Assembly: GCA_050943055.1 (NCBI GenBank)
Contig: JBMNOL010000006.1
Location: forward strand, 1-49,921
Direction of reading: 5' to 3'
Length of the DNA stretch: 49,921 bases
Source: Patescibacteria group bacterium
GTDB lineage: Bacteria; Patescibacteriota; Patescibacteriia; Patescibacteriales; UBA12465
Below, one piece after another: positions 27,122-37,678 of the stretch. Each line of letters starts with the position of its first letter. Positions within the stretch are counted from its first letter, which is position 1. Made by a program: the position numbers and the translations under genes. A model generated the notes under the pieces. It worked only from the letters and a program-made list of their open reading frames with translations, ran no database searches and had not been told where the DNA came from.

Positions 27122-29515
27122 CTAGCGTAGTTGTTCCTGATAAGAAAAGACTGGCCCTACCGATAAATACTTACCAGAATTAAGTTCATAAATTAAAGCC
27201 AACAAATCAACACCGATGGTTTGGGTTAAATGACCGCCAGGAACACTCAGGCGAAAACTACTTTCGTTAGGCTGAGCTAATTTATACTGCCTAGCAAAGG
27301 AGCTAATAAAATCCTGATCTCGACTGCTTAAAGGTTCATTATTTAATTCTTTAGCGATAATCTCGGCAATCTGAGTTAATTTACTATTCTCTTCTTTTAA
27401 AGTAACCCCCACCGACGGAACTTTTTTATTAATACCCATGCCAGCGAAGAGTCCGTTAATCATTTCGTTATCAGCAATAATCTTCTTGATTAAAGAATAA
27501 TTAGGTTCAATATAAAAATCATCATTTAAGACAACATCGGTATTTAAGCCGCTGCGATTCTCCGACAATCCGGCCGGCGTAAGGCTGGCTAGCGGTAATT
27601 GAAAGTTCACCCAAGCCCCAGCAGCCGTATTTACTAGACGCTGCGACCAAGCGGGCGTGCTCGCATAGGCCTGCATTTGATTGTTGTTAGTGGAAAAAAG
27701 TAATTGAATTGTTTCTAAAGTCGACCAATAATTATTGTCATGCCAAACCGGCCAAGATTTTAAATCCGTCTGTAAGGACGCGAGCGCAAGCGGGTATTTT
27801 TCATATTGGGAATTGATTTGCCAGTGATTGGAAAAAGAAACTTTATCGGTAACTAATGCAATCACATCCAACCCGCTGCCATTGCAACGCTCACTTCGGT
27901 CGCGACACAAAGTCACATTATTTTCATTATCATTCCTTGATACCTGAGTACCGGTAAAAGCGCCTAACTCCTGGCCACTTAAACGTTTAAAAATATAATC
28001 GTTGGGCCAATAATAATCGGCTAATAATTTAAAGCCCAGTTGCGGACGTTGTTCTTTCTTATCTAAAGCCCCTAAAGAAGGGTTAAAGTTTAAACCCAAA
28101 AGTTCTTGGCGCAGAGTTTCTAAATTAGCTTCACTATCCTCATTCTCCCAAGCGAACAAAACGGCCGGGTCATAATCAGCGCCAAATAAATGTTGCATTG
28201 CCTCATCGTACTGGCGATAGGTCAGATCATCGCGTAAACCGCGATAAAAAGACAAAAGTTTATAAACCAAAGCCCAGCGATTCTTTAACTCTTGGTCATT
28301 AGAAAAATCTTTAGTAATAAAAGTGGCCGCGGTTAAACTAATCCGAGCATCATCTTTATCAAGAAGACAATCAGGGCAAGATTTGTCCTTAGCCACTAAA
28401 GGAAAAACGGAATTAAGCCAGCGACTGGCAAGATAGAAATTTTTTAATTTTTCGGTGCGTTGATATTCGGTGGGAACAACAAATTCTCGATAATCGCGTT
28501 CATAGAGCAAGACTGGGGACTTGGTTTTTTCCCGACCTAGGCGAATCAACTCTACTTCACGACCAGCGTCTTTCTGTAAATAAGGCAGAATCGTAAAAGC
28601 AAAAGCGTTGGCTTCGGTGGTACTAAATTTGGTGACACTTTTACTATCAGGATCAACTTGTTCCGCCTCAGGCTCGAGCAGTTCTAAGGCCACGGCAAAA
28701 TAAGCCATCGCTAAGCGTTGCGCCTCTAAAATCGGATCGTTAATGTTGCCAATCTCAGAAAGGCGATTCTCATAACGATGACGCGCCTGCTCATAAAGAG
28801 ATTTTGAAATCCCGTGGAGACTCTCATAAAAAATAGTTTCTTCAATATCTTTAAAAACCTGCTGGATGGTATTTTGATGATAATACAATAAAAAATCACT
28901 AGTAATTAAAAGCGGTACGCCTTTTTGCGACAACCAATCATAAGCGCCATAAAAATCCTTAATTTCCGGGTCAGGATTAGGTAAAACAGAAAAACCATTT
29001 TGATTCAAATTCTCAAGGGCATTATCTAATTCCAGACGTCGAGAAACATCATAATAATTTAAAACATCAATTTTAACGTTAAGCGGTAGCGAATAATCAA
29101 CTAAATTAAACTCCGGAATCGCCCCCGGGGCTTCATAAAAATCACGAAAATTATATTTCTCTAAAGCCCCTGAAAGTAAAGACTCATTCCAATCATCGGT
29201 GGCAAGAGGCGTCTCATCAGTCGGCAGGTGGGTTTCCGTACTCGTCGCCTCCCCGGTGCCGACCTCACTGCCATTGCGATCAATAGTCACCGGCGAATTT
29301 TTTTCCGGCGTGGGCACCAAAATCTTTATTACCGCCATAAGCCCTAAACCAAAAACGACTAAAAGACCCAGTCCAATTAAAATTTTCCGTTTATTTTTTT
29401 GCCAAAAAGACGGGCCCTCGTCGCTATTATAAACCAAGGGCGCTCCCGGTATAGACGGCGCTGGCGGATCAGCCGACGCGACTAGGTTGTTGCTTTGATC
29501 AAGGTCGGAAAACAT
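27122..29515 (-). CDS. Membrane-anchored DUF3160-family protein
   Basis: N-terminal TM; LNQNGF, PLLITSD, LKNFYLASRWL and terminal VGPVFSYQE are typical of DUF3160. Confidence 0.65.
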   Translation of the reverse strand: MFSDLDQSNNLVASADPPAPSIPGAPLVYNSDEGPSFWQKNKRKILIGLGLLVVFGLGLMAVIKILVPTPEKNSPVTIDRNGSEVGTGEATSTETHLPTDETPLATDDWNESLLSGALEKYNFRDFYEAPGAIPEFNLVDYSLPLNVKIDVLNYYDVSRRLELDNALENLNQNGFSVLPNPDPEIKDFYGAYDWLSQKGVPLLITSDFLLYYHQNTIQQVFKDIEETIFYESLHGISKSLYEQARHRYENRLSEIGNINDPILEAQRLAMAYFAVALELLEPEAEQVDPDSKSVTKFSTTEANAFAFTILPYLQKDAGREVELIRLGREKTKSPVLLYERDYREFVVPTEYQRTEKLKNFYLASRWLNSVFPLVAKDKSCPDCLLDKDDARISLTAATFITKDFSNDQELKNRWALVYKLLSFYRGLRDDLTYRQYDEAMQHLFGADYDPAVLFAWENEDSEANLETLRQELLGLNFNPSLGALDKKEQRPQLGFKLLADYYWPNDYIFKRLSGQELGAFTGTQVSRNDNENNVTLCRDRSERCNGSGLDVIALVTDKVSFSNHWQINSQYEKYPLALASLQTDLKSWPVWHDNNYWSTLETIQLLFSTNNNQMQAYASTPAWSQRLVNTAAGAWVNFQLPLASLTPAGLSENRSGLNTDVVLNDDFYIEPNYSLIKKIIADNEMINGLFAGMGINKKVPSVGVTLKEENSKLTQIAEIIAKELNNEPLSSRDQDFISSFARQYKLAQPNESSFRLSVPGGHLTQTIGVDLLALIYELNSGKYLSVGPVFSYQEQLR

Positions 29516-29518
29516 AAA

Positions 29519-30379
29519 TTAATCAGGTAAATATTTTCTCTTATTAGCTAAATGCTGTTCATAGGTAACGGCGTAAACTAAATCCTTGGTACCCGCCGGA
29601 GTCAAAAAATAATTATAGTTTGTGTCGCTAGGGTAAATAGCCGCTTCAATCGCGAGTCGGCCGGGGTTAGAAATCGGACTCGGCGGTAAACCCAGATGAA
29701 TATAAGTATTAAAAGGCGAAGGGGTCTGAGTATCGGCGGTAGTATATTGCGGCTTATTAACCCCTAAAATGTAAGCCAGGGTGGCACAAGATTGTAGAGC
29801 CTGATTATTTTCTATCCGACGCCAAAAAATACCGGCCACAATTTTGGCATCGGTATTATCGTTTTGCGCATAGAAAATCGGGGCTTCCTTTTCCAGTAAA
29901 GAAGCCATCGTGACTATTTCGCTGATTGTTTTTCCCTGGGCAGCAATCTCCGCCCGCCAGTCCGGGCTTAATTTTTTATCAAAATTACTTAGCATTCTGG
30001 TCAAAATATCCTCAGGCGTACTGGAGGCAAAAAAGCGATAAGTATCAGGATAGAGGTAACCTTCCAAATCGGTACCGGCCGGACGATCGGCTAAAAAATC
30101 AAAGCGCTCCCTAGGATAATTACGCTGGGCGGCAAAAAATTCTTCTTCAGTTAACAGTCCAGCAGCAGCCAGAATTTTAGCCACTTCCTTATTATTAGAC
30201 CCTTCAGGAATGCGCACCGTTTTTTCCTCTTGATAAACAACCGGCTCGGGTTCCGGTTCATGCCCCAAAATATTGTCAAAAAAAACTTGCGATCGCGTTG
30301 GCGCTACCTGATAAATGATTACTCCGCCGACCAGCAAGAAGGCAATCAGCGCTAAAGTTATTTTACTAACTAAACTCAT
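29519..30379 (-). CDS. mltG: Endolytic transglycosylase MltG
   Basis: IPEG, LEGYLYPDTY, ASLLEKEA, SPFNTY and GLPPSPISNPG. Confidence 0.92.
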   Translation of the reverse strand: MSLVSKITLALIAFLLVGGVIIYQVAPTRSQVFFDNILGHEPEPEPVVYQEEKTVRIPEGSNNKEVAKILAAAGLLTEEEFFAAQRNYPRERFDFLADRPAGTDLEGYLYPDTYRFFASSTPEDILTRMLSNFDKKLSPDWRAEIAAQGKTISEIVTMASLLEKEAPIFYAQNDNTDAKIVAGIFWRRIENNQALQSCATLAYILGVNKPQYTTADTQTPSPFNTYIHLGLPPSPISNPGRLAIEAAIYPSDTNYNYFLTPAGTKDLVYAVTYEQHLANKRKYLPD

Positions 30380-30399
30380 ATTTTTAGGAGACGGTTTCC

Positions 30400-30879
30400 T
30401 TAAAACTTAACTTCCTTAGCGGCCGCGGCTCTCTTAATAAGATCAGAGCTAGCGCGAATTTTTTTACCTAAACCATCAACCATCTTAATATTTAATTTTT
30501 GACAAATATCATATTCCGGCACATCGCCTAAACTTTTGCGATCGCCGCCGTTAGCAAAAATATCAGGCTTTACCTGAGCGAGCGAACGGCAAACTGTTTT
30601 GTCGCGATCAATAGAAACAAACACCTCATCAACATCTCTTAGAGCACCAATAATTTTAACGCGATCAGCTAAACTCATAAACGGGACACTGCCCTTTAAT
30701 TTTACTTGATGATCATTATTAACAATCACCACCAGCTTATCACCGAGTTTTTTCGCCCGTTCAATCATTTCCAGGTGCCCCACATGAAGGGGGTTAAAAT
30801 AACCAGAGACTGCGACCACTGTTTTTTTCCGAGCAGTAGTTGAGGCTTTTTTCTTTATTAATTTTGGGGATTCCGCCAT
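30400..30879 (-). CDS. Cytidylyltransferase/adenylyltransferase family protein (TagD/RibL-like)
   Basis: SGYFNPLHVGH (HxGH), PDIFANGGDR and SS motif. Confidence 0.8.
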   Translation of the reverse strand: MAESPKLIKKKASTTARKKTVVAVSGYFNPLHVGHLEMIERAKKLGDKLVVIVNNDHQVKLKGSVPFMSLADRVKIIGALRDVDEVFVSIDRDKTVCRSLAQVKPDIFANGGDRKSLGDVPEYDICQKLNIKMVDGLGKKIRASSDLIKRAAAAKEVKF

Positions 30880-30973
30880 ATTAATTTTTATGAAACTGTT
30901 TTTATTATATCAAATAATGAGCGACTTTAGAAACCCTTTATTTTTTAGAGCGCCTAGGTTAGAATGGGGACAT

Positions 30974-31756
30974 ATGACTATTTGGCAAAGCTTAATCATG
31001 GGCATTGTTGAGGGGCTAACAGAATTCCTGCCGATCTCATCGACCGCCCATTTAATCATCACCAGCGAAATCTTAAAAATTCCGACAACGGATTTTCTAA
31101 AAACCTTTAACATCTCCATTCAGCTCGGAGCAATTCTCGCCGTAGTGATTCTTTATTGGAAAAAAATCTGGTCTTCCTGGAGTTTAATCGGCAAAATTAT
31201 CGCAGCTACAATTCCCACCGCTATTCTAGGCTTAGTTTTATACGAAGTGGTGAAAAACTTGTTAATGGAGAGTCTGCCTCTAATTGCCGGCTCTTTATTT
31301 ATCGGCGGTATTATTATCATCTTATTTGAACGCTGGTATGCCCGCAAAAAACCGACCCCCCAAAGTAAATCGAAAGAAGTTAATGACATTAGTTACAAAC
31401 AGGCGGTGATTTTAGGCGCCACCCAATCGCTCGCGATGGTGCCCGGGGTTTCACGCTCTGGGGCCACAATTATTGGCGGCCTAGCGTTGGGCATTAGTCG
31501 CCATAACATTGTGGAATTTTCTTTCCTGTTAGCAATTCCGACCATGATTGGAGCTACCGCCTTGGATATTTACAAGAGCCCGAACTTGTTTACTAGCGAT
31601 CAGCTAGCTGTTTGGTTGGTCGGCTTTATAACCGCTTTTATTACGGCAGTGATTGGCGTTAAATTTTTAATCCGTTATGTGCAGCGTAACGATTTTCAAG
31701 GCTTTGCCTGGTACCGAGTAATTTTAGGGGCCTTAATTTTTCTCTTCTTAATTTAA
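30974..31756 (+). CDS. uppP: Undecaprenyl-diphosphatase
   Basis: GIVEGLTEFLPISSTAH, IQLGAILAV, PGVSRSGATI and EFSFLLAIP. ATG at 30974. Confidence 0.95.
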   Translation: MTIWQSLIMGIVEGLTEFLPISSTAHLIITSEILKIPTTDFLKTFNISIQLGAILAVVILYWKKIWSSWSLIGKIIAATIPTAILGLVLYEVVKNLLMESLPLIAGSLFIGGIIIILFERWYARKKPTPQSKSKEVNDISYKQAVILGATQSLAMVPGVSRSGATIIGGLALGISRHNIVEFSFLLAIPTMIGATALDIYKSPNLFTSDQLAVWLVGFITAFITAVIGVKFLIRYVQRNDFQGFAWYRVILGALIFLFLI

Positions 31757-31772
31757 AGTCTTTTTTTGTTTT

Positions 31773-31801
31773 AAAAAAACCACCCTTTTCGGTGGTTTTT
31801 T
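31773..31801. terminator. Bidirectional terminator between uppP and tatD
   Basis: aaaaaaaccacc...ggtggtttttt. Confidence 0.75.
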
Positions 31802-31806
31802 ATTTT

Positions 31807-32658
31807 TTAAATACGGAAAAATTTACGGGCGGTTTCGGTAGTAATTTCAGCGACACGCTCTACCTTCATATTTTTAATCTCGGCAATTCTCTGAGCGACA
31901 TACTGAACTAAGACCGGCTCGTTGCGTTGCCCCCGATAAGGCTCAGGCGTCATATAGGGAGAATCGGTTTCAATCATAATTCGATCAATGGGCACTTTAC
32001 GAATCAAGGAATCCCAGCTCTGGCTAAAAGTAATTAAGCCCGTGAAAGAAATAATTAAACCAAGATTAAAATACTTCCAAGCTAAATCTTCGTCACCGGA
32101 AAAACAATGAAGTACCCCCCAGGGGCGATCGCTGGGAATTAAACTAGCGTATACTTTGCGAAATTCCTGTAGTAAAGCCAGTAAGTCATCATGGGCCTGG
32201 CGACAATGGATAATGACCGGCAAATCTAACTGGCGGGCCAACAGTAATTGCTGTAAGAGCACTGCCTGTTGTCGCTCTTTAACAGTTTTTTGATCTTCAT
32301 TGGGCGGTAAATGATAATAATCTAGACCAATTTCGCCAATCGCGACCACTTTTTCAAACTTCGCCAATTTTTCATAATTATCATAATAAAAATCTTCGCC
32401 ACGAATTGAAAAATTATAATTCCCATCATCACCGCTATTGCTTAAATGCCCATTGACTAAGTGAACGGGGTGAAGGCCAACGGCCGCATAAACGCCTTTC
32501 TGATATTTATTGGCATAGTTTAAAGCACGACTAGAAGTCTTGTAATCAGAGCCGACTAAAACCATCCAGGTATCATTATCTAAAGCCCGGCGAATTACCT
32601 CGTCAGCATCCTCCTTAAAATCGGAGAAATTAATATGGGCATGAGTATCAATTAACAT
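31807..32658 (-). CDS. tatD: TatD family hydrolase/DNase
   Basis: IDTHAH, GLHP, IGEIGLDY, IIHCR, HCFSG and ETDSPY. Confidence 0.92.
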   Translation of the reverse strand: MLIDTHAHINFSDFKEDADEVIRRALDNDTWMVLVGSDYKTSSRALNYANKYQKGVYAAVGLHPVHLVNGHLSNSGDDGNYNFSIRGEDFYYDNYEKLAKFEKVVAIGEIGLDYYHLPPNEDQKTVKERQQAVLLQQLLLARQLDLPVIIHCRQAHDDLLALLQEFRKVYASLIPSDRPWGVLHCFSGDEDLAWKYFNLGLIISFTGLITFSQSWDSLIRKVPIDRIMIETDSPYMTPEPYRGQRNEPVLVQYVAQRIAEIKNMKVERVAEITTETARKFFRI

Positions 32659-32667
32659 TTTTTTTCA

Positions 32668-32691
32668 AAAAGACACGCTAAGCGTGTCTTT
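32668..32691 (-). terminator. Terminator-like hairpin
   Basis: aaagacacgc-taa-gcgtgtcttt downstream of ORF 32725-33138. Confidence 0.6.
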
Positions 32692-32724
32692 AAAATTTTA
32701 AGGACTTTTAAAGAGGGACGCCGA

Positions 32725-33138
32725 TTATTTTTGTTTCTGATCCTGTTGTTCGTGGCTAGTAATAGTCGAACTCGCCTTCTCCACGTGATCTTTGACTTCA
32801 GAAGCGGTTTCGGAAAAATTTTCTTTTAGATCAGCGCTAGTTTTCAAGGCCTCAATTTTTAATTCTTTTAATTTATCTTTAGTTTCTGCCAAAGTCTCAC
32901 TGATTGTTTCTTTGCTGTTAGACCAAGCCTCATCAGCTTCCGTTTTTATCTCTTGCCAAGATTTTTTCAAATGCTCGGTAGCATCTTTTAAGCCTTCAGC
33001 CAACTCTTCTTTAGTTTCGGATAATGCTCCTTTAACCGCTTTAGCCGCGGCGTCTAAATGATCGGTGGCCGACTGCTTTTCTTCGCAATGACAGCTACCA
33101 AATAATTTTTTATACCAAGGACAATTACACTTTGACAT
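32725..33138 (-). CDS. Hypothetical amphipathic helical-repeat protein with N-terminal Cys motif
   Basis: CNCPWYKKLFGSCHC followed by ~11-residue A/E/K/T-rich repeats. Confidence 0.65.
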   Translation of the reverse strand: MSKCNCPWYKKLFGSCHCEEKQSATDHLDAAAKAVKGALSETKEELAEGLKDATEHLKKSWQEIKTEADEAWSNSKETISETLAETKDKLKELKIEALKTSADLKENFSETASEVKDHVEKASSTITSHEQQDQKQK

Positions 33139-33235
33139 AATTTTAGAGTTTATTTTAAAAGCACTTAAATTATAGCATTCTCAGGAAAATTTTCAATTAA
33201 AATTTACCGACCAAAAACACTTTATTAACGGATTT

Positions 33236-34291
33236 TTAAAGCTTAAGTTCTTTAATGATTTTCTCGTCCTGACGGCTAATATTCTTAGGGATTTCCACCT
33301 TGACGGTAACAAAATGTTCCCCCTGACCAAAGCCATTAAGTTTGGGAAAGCCTTTATTTCGAAGCTTAAAAACTGTCCCTGGTTGAGTGCCCGCCGGAAT
33401 TTTCAAGATTACCGGACCGTAAACAGTTTCCACCTCCACTTTATCTCCTAAAATAGCCTGCTTAATGTTAATTTTGAGATCAGTTCTAATATCATAACCA
33501 TCCCTTTTGAATTTTTTATCAGGAATCACTCGGATTTGTAAATAAAGATTGCCGGCAGGGCCGCCTAAATAGCCATCATCGCCATAACCAGAGAGACGAA
33601 TTGTTTCACCATCAGAGATTCCGGCGGGAATCCGAACCTTTACCTTAATATCCTTTTTGACTAGGCCATCGCCGCCACACTGAAAACATTTCTGACTATA
33701 CATTTTACCTTCTCCCTGGCATTGTGGGCAGGTATTTTTTGTTTGAATATTGCCCAAAATGGTACGGGAAATTCCAATAACATAACCTGAGCCTTGGCAA
33801 GTGGGACAATTTTCCACTTTAGACCCGGGTTCCGAGCCATCACCGTGACACCGGTCGCAAACAGTCTGCTTGCTAAAAGAGATTTCTTTTTCTAAGCCAA
33901 AAACAGATTCTTTAAAACTTAAATTAAGAGTCAATTCTAAATCGCGGCCTCGCTGTGGCTGCCTGCGCCCCCCACCACGCGTATTGCTAAAACCAAAAAT
34001 ATCAGAGAAACCGCCAAATAAATCATCCATATTAAGACCACCCTGAAAATCCGACCAATTAAAGCCGCCACCATTACCACCAGTAAAGGCCGCTTCTCCA
34101 AATTGGTCATATTTGCGGCGCCCATCTGGATCTTTTAAAACCTGATAAGCCTCATTGACTTCTTTAAATTTCTCTTCATCACCACCTTTATCGGGGTGAT
34201 GTTCATGAGCCTTTTTGCGGAAAGCATTTTTAATCTCCGCTTCACTGGCGTTTTTTTCAACCCCTAAAATTTTATAATAATCTTTTGCCAT
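33236..34291 (-). CDS. dnaJ: Chaperone DnaJ
   Basis: J-domain HPD, G/F-rich region and four CxxCxGxG repeats. Confidence 0.96.
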   Translation of the reverse strand: MAKDYYKILGVEKNASEAEIKNAFRKKAHEHHPDKGGDEEKFKEVNEAYQVLKDPDGRRKYDQFGEAAFTGGNGGGFNWSDFQGGLNMDDLFGGFSDIFGFSNTRGGGRRQPQRGRDLELTLNLSFKESVFGLEKEISFSKQTVCDRCHGDGSEPGSKVENCPTCQGSGYVIGISRTILGNIQTKNTCPQCQGEGKMYSQKCFQCGGDGLVKKDIKVKVRIPAGISDGETIRLSGYGDDGYLGGPAGNLYLQIRVIPDKKFKRDGYDIRTDLKINIKQAILGDKVEVETVYGPVILKIPAGTQPGTVFKLRNKGFPKLNGFGQGEHFVTVKVEIPKNISRQDEKIIKELKL

Positions 34292-34356
34292 AAATTTCTT
34301 TAGCGAATAAAGCGCCCCAGCAAAGAAGGCTGCGGCGCTCTAACGCTCAAGAATAA

Positions 34357-36267
34357 TTATTTCTTATCCTCAACTTCACCTTCCACTACCGGTTCATCAT
34401 CAGCCTTATCACTAGCATCATTCTTTTTGTCGCCAGCGGTTTTATCTTCCGCTTTAGTTTCTGAAGCCGCTTTTTCATACATCGCCGCCCCAATTCTTTG
34501 GGCGACCTGGTTAACCGCTTCTAACTGTTTCTTAATCCCCTCGGCATTGTCAGCCTCTTTAGCTTTTTTAAGTTCACCGATTTCTTTTTCTAATTCCGTT
34601 TTATCTTCAGCTTTCATTTTATCGCCAGATTCTTTAAGCATTTTCTCGGTAGAGAAAATTACGGAATCCGCTTGATTATTTAATTCCACTCTTTCTTTTT
34701 TCTTTTTATCATCTTCAGCGTGGACCTCCGCTTCATGCTTCATTTTTTCCACCTCCTCTTTGGATAAACCGGAAGAAGCGGTAATAGTAATTTTCTGCTG
34801 TTTACCAGTAGCCTTATCAGTCGCACTCACATTCAAGATACCATTGGCATCAATATCAAACTTAACTTCAATTTGAGGAACGCCTCGAGGAGCAGTTGGA
34901 ATGCCATCTAAAATAAAGCGACCGAGAGTTTTATTATCAGCAGCCATGGGTCTTTCTCCTTGAACGATGTGAATCTCGACGCTAGTCTGGCCGTCAGCGG
35001 CGGTAGAGAAAATTTGGGACTTAGAGGTAGGAATCGTAGTATTGCGATCAATTAAGGGGGTCGCTACCCCACCCATAGTTTCAATTCCTAAAGTTAAAGG
35101 CGTCACATCTAAAAGTAAAACATCTTTAACATCACCTTGTAATACCCCAGCTTGGACAGCCGCACCTAAAGCCACGACTTCATCGGGGTTAACGCTGAGG
35201 TTTGGTTCTTTACCAAAGAATTCCTTTACTTTTTTCACCACCAAAGGCATGCGGGTCATGCCACCGACTAAAATTACTTCTTCAATATCACTAATTTTAA
35301 GGCCGGCATCGGCTAAAGCTTTTTTACAAGGTTCTAAAGTTTTATCCACTAAATCTTCAACTAAAGCCTCCAGTTCGGCACGCGTAATTTTTTTGACTAA
35401 GTGCTTCGGACCATTTTCATCAGTAGCAATAAAGGGTTGATTAATTTCTGTCTCCTGCGCGGTCGAGAGTTCGATCTTGGCCTTTTCCGCCGATTCTTTA
35501 ATTCGCTGTAAAGCGAGCGGATCCTTAGCGAGATCAATTCCTTCTTCCTTTTTAAAACCTTCAATAATCCAATCAATAATCCGCTTATCAAAATCCTCGC
35601 CACCTAAATGAGTGTCGCCATTGGTAGCTTTCACCTCTACCATATCAGCGGAAATATCTAAAACCGAGACATCAAAAGTTCCACCGCCTAAATCATAGAC
35701 AACTACTTGCTGACCCTCTTTTTTATCAAAGCCATAAGCTAAGGCCGCGGCGGTAGGCTCATTGATAATTCTCTTCACTTCTAAACCGGCAATTGTACCG
35801 GCATCTTTAGTCGCTTGTCTTTGAGCATCATCAAAATAAGCCGGGACCGTAATAATAGCTTCGGTTATTTTTTCACCAATCTTGGCTTCGGCGTCCGCCT
35901 TTAATTTACTTAAAATCATCGCGGAAATTTCTTGCGGTGTATATTCTTTATCACCCAGCTTAATTTTGATGCCCGTGCCAGATTTAACAATCTTGTAAGA
36001 GCTTGTTTTTAAATCATTTTGGACATCGGCATCATCAAACTTGCGACCAATTAAACGTTTAACGGCATAAACAGTCTGCTCGGGATTAATCACCGCTTGC
36101 CTTTTAGCCGCGGCGCCCACTAAGCGTTCACCGGACTTAGAGTTGGCCACTACGGAAGGGGTGGTCCGCATTCCTTCAATATTTTCCAATATTTTAGGAC
36201 TGCCGCCTTCCATGATGGCCATAGCACTATTGGTAGTGCCCAAATCAATTCCTAGTATTTTACTCAT
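34357..36267 (-). CDS. dnaK: Chaperone DnaK
   Basis: [26 protein letters not shown] and LLLDVTPL. Confidence 0.98.
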   Translation of the reverse strand: MSKILGIDLGTTNSAMAIMEGGSPKILENIEGMRTTPSVVANSKSGERLVGAAAKRQAVINPEQTVYAVKRLIGRKFDDADVQNDLKTSSYKIVKSGTGIKIKLGDKEYTPQEISAMILSKLKADAEAKIGEKITEAIITVPAYFDDAQRQATKDAGTIAGLEVKRIINEPTAAALAYGFDKKEGQQVVVYDLGGGTFDVSVLDISADMVEVKATNGDTHLGGEDFDKRIIDWIIEGFKKEEGIDLAKDPLALQRIKESAEKAKIELSTAQETEINQPFIATDENGPKHLVKKITRAELEALVEDLVDKTLEPCKKALADAGLKISDIEEVILVGGMTRMPLVVKKVKEFFGKEPNLSVNPDEVVALGAAVQAGVLQGDVKDVLLLDVTPLTLGIETMGGVATPLIDRNTTIPTSKSQIFSTAADGQTSVEIHIVQGERPMAADNKTLGRFILDGIPTAPRGVPQIEVKFDIDANGILNVSATDKATGKQQKITITASSGLSKEEVEKMKHEAEVHAEDDKKKKERVELNNQADSVIFSTEKMLKESGDKMKAEDKTELEKEIGELKKAKEADNAEGIKKQLEAVNQVAQRIGAAMYEKAASETKAEDKTAGDKKNDASDKADDEPVVEGEVEDKK

Positions 36268-36308
36268 ATTTTTCTTTAATCAGTCCCAAAAAAGAACCGA
36301 ATTACAAA

Positions 36309-36740
36309 TTATTTTTTAGTTTCAATTTTAATATTTTTACCTTCGCTAATCGCAGCTTTGGGAATCGTAATCTTCAAGACCCCATCACTAGCGGTCGCTT
36401 TTGCACCATCACTATTGACCTTAGACGGTAAAGCGATGGAGCGATAGAAAGAGCCGCGACGAATCTCTTTGCGGTAATAGTTTTTATCATCAACTTCACT
36501 GCGCTTCTCACTCTCACCTTTAATTGAAAGCGTATCATTCTCAATTGAAACCTGAACTTTCTCGGGGTCAATACCCGCCAGCTGCGTTTCAACAATAATG
36601 TTGTCTTTATCTTCATAGATATCGATGGCCGGCGTAAAACCTTCTTGTTGGCTACGAATCGCCGGCAAAAAATCTCCGAACGCCTTATCAAATTCATCAA
36701 AAGGATCGGCAAATAAGGGGGTCCATTTTATTAATGACAT
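36309..36740 (-). CDS. Hsp20/alpha-crystallin small heat shock protein
   Basis: PAIDIYE, LAGID, EIRRGSFYRSIALP and DGVLKITIPK. Confidence 0.93.
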   Translation of the reverse strand: MSLIKWTPLFADPFDEFDKAFGDFLPAIRSQQEGFTPAIDIYEDKDNIIVETQLAGIDPEKVQVSIENDTLSIKGESEKRSEVDDKNYYRKEIRRGSFYRSIALPSKVNSDGAKATASDGVLKITIPKAAISEGKNIKIETKK

Positions 36741-36799
36741 ATTTTTGGGAGGCGGTCCTGGAGGCTTGCGGCTCCAAGCCTGGCCTATTTAATTATTAA

Positions 36800-37669
36800 T
36801 TATTTTTTTAATTCTTTATCTTTTAATTCTGCTTCTGCGGAAGCGGCGACTGGGGCTTGACCGACAATTACTTTCGCGGCCTTGATTAAACGACCATTTA
36901 ACTGATACCCGGGAATAACTTCTTTAAGAACCACATCACCAGTGCCTTCAATCGCTTCCATTGTGTTGGTATCAAAAACTTGGCCGACAGTAGCAATTTC
37001 AGAAACACCCTCAGCACTTAAGAGCTCCTTAAATTGCTTAAGAACATGCTCAACGCCAATCACCCAAGCGCTTTTAGCTTCCGTTTCCGGTAAATTTACT
37101 AAAGACAGCTTTAAATGATCATAAATGGGCAATAAATCCTCAAGCAGACGGCCGTTAGCGTATTTAATAAATTCCGTTTTTTCCTGAACCGTTTGCTTAA
37201 CTAAGTTTTGGTAATCGGCTAAAGAGCGGTAGTATTTATCTTTGTAGTGGCTTTGCTCTAAATAATTTTGAGCCAATGAATTAGCGGCAACCACTAAAGG
37301 ACAAACTTTTTTATTAGCACCAAGATCCTCTTTAGAAAACCATTCTAGCTCACTATATTTTTCAGAATTAAGTTTCGCTTCACCAGAAAAATCAGTAACT
37401 AAAAAGCGGAGCAAATAAACATCGTCAATTAAATCGCCGGCAACAAGTTGAGGGTTGGAAATATTTAGATTTAAGGCCGCTTTTAGTTGACGAGCTAAAT
37501 ATTCCTGCGGTTTAACTATCTCTTTGACAGGAAAAGAAGGCGCCCGCCACTGTTGGTTTTTTTTATCCAGGGCTAATAAAACTTTTCCATCTTCCCTAAT
37601 AATTAGAGGACTGACCGCCAGCCGAGGAGTGACCAAGTTTAGACTTTGAGAGTTATCAGTTTTAGGCAT
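36800..37669 (-). CDS. grpE: Nucleotide exchange factor GrpE with N-terminal degenerate Nudix-fold domain
   Basis: C-terminal RSLADYQN, LLPIYDHL, GQVFD, GYQLNGRLIKAAKV (GrpE); N-terminal AVSPLIIREDGKVLL...EKYSELEWF is Nudix-like but has no Nudix box. Confidence 0.85.
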   Translation of the reverse strand: MPKTDNSQSLNLVTPRLAVSPLIIREDGKVLLALDKKNQQWRAPSFPVKEIVKPQEYLARQLKAALNLNISNPQLVAGDLIDDVYLLRFLVTDFSGEAKLNSEKYSELEWFSKEDLGANKKVCPLVVAANSLAQNYLEQSHYKDKYYRSLADYQNLVKQTVQEKTEFIKYANGRLLEDLLPIYDHLKLSLVNLPETEAKSAWVIGVEHVLKQFKELLSAEGVSEIATVGQVFDTNTMEAIEGTGDVVLKEVIPGYQLNGRLIKAAKVIVGQAPVAASAEAELKDKELKK

Positions 37670-37678
37670 AGGAAAATT

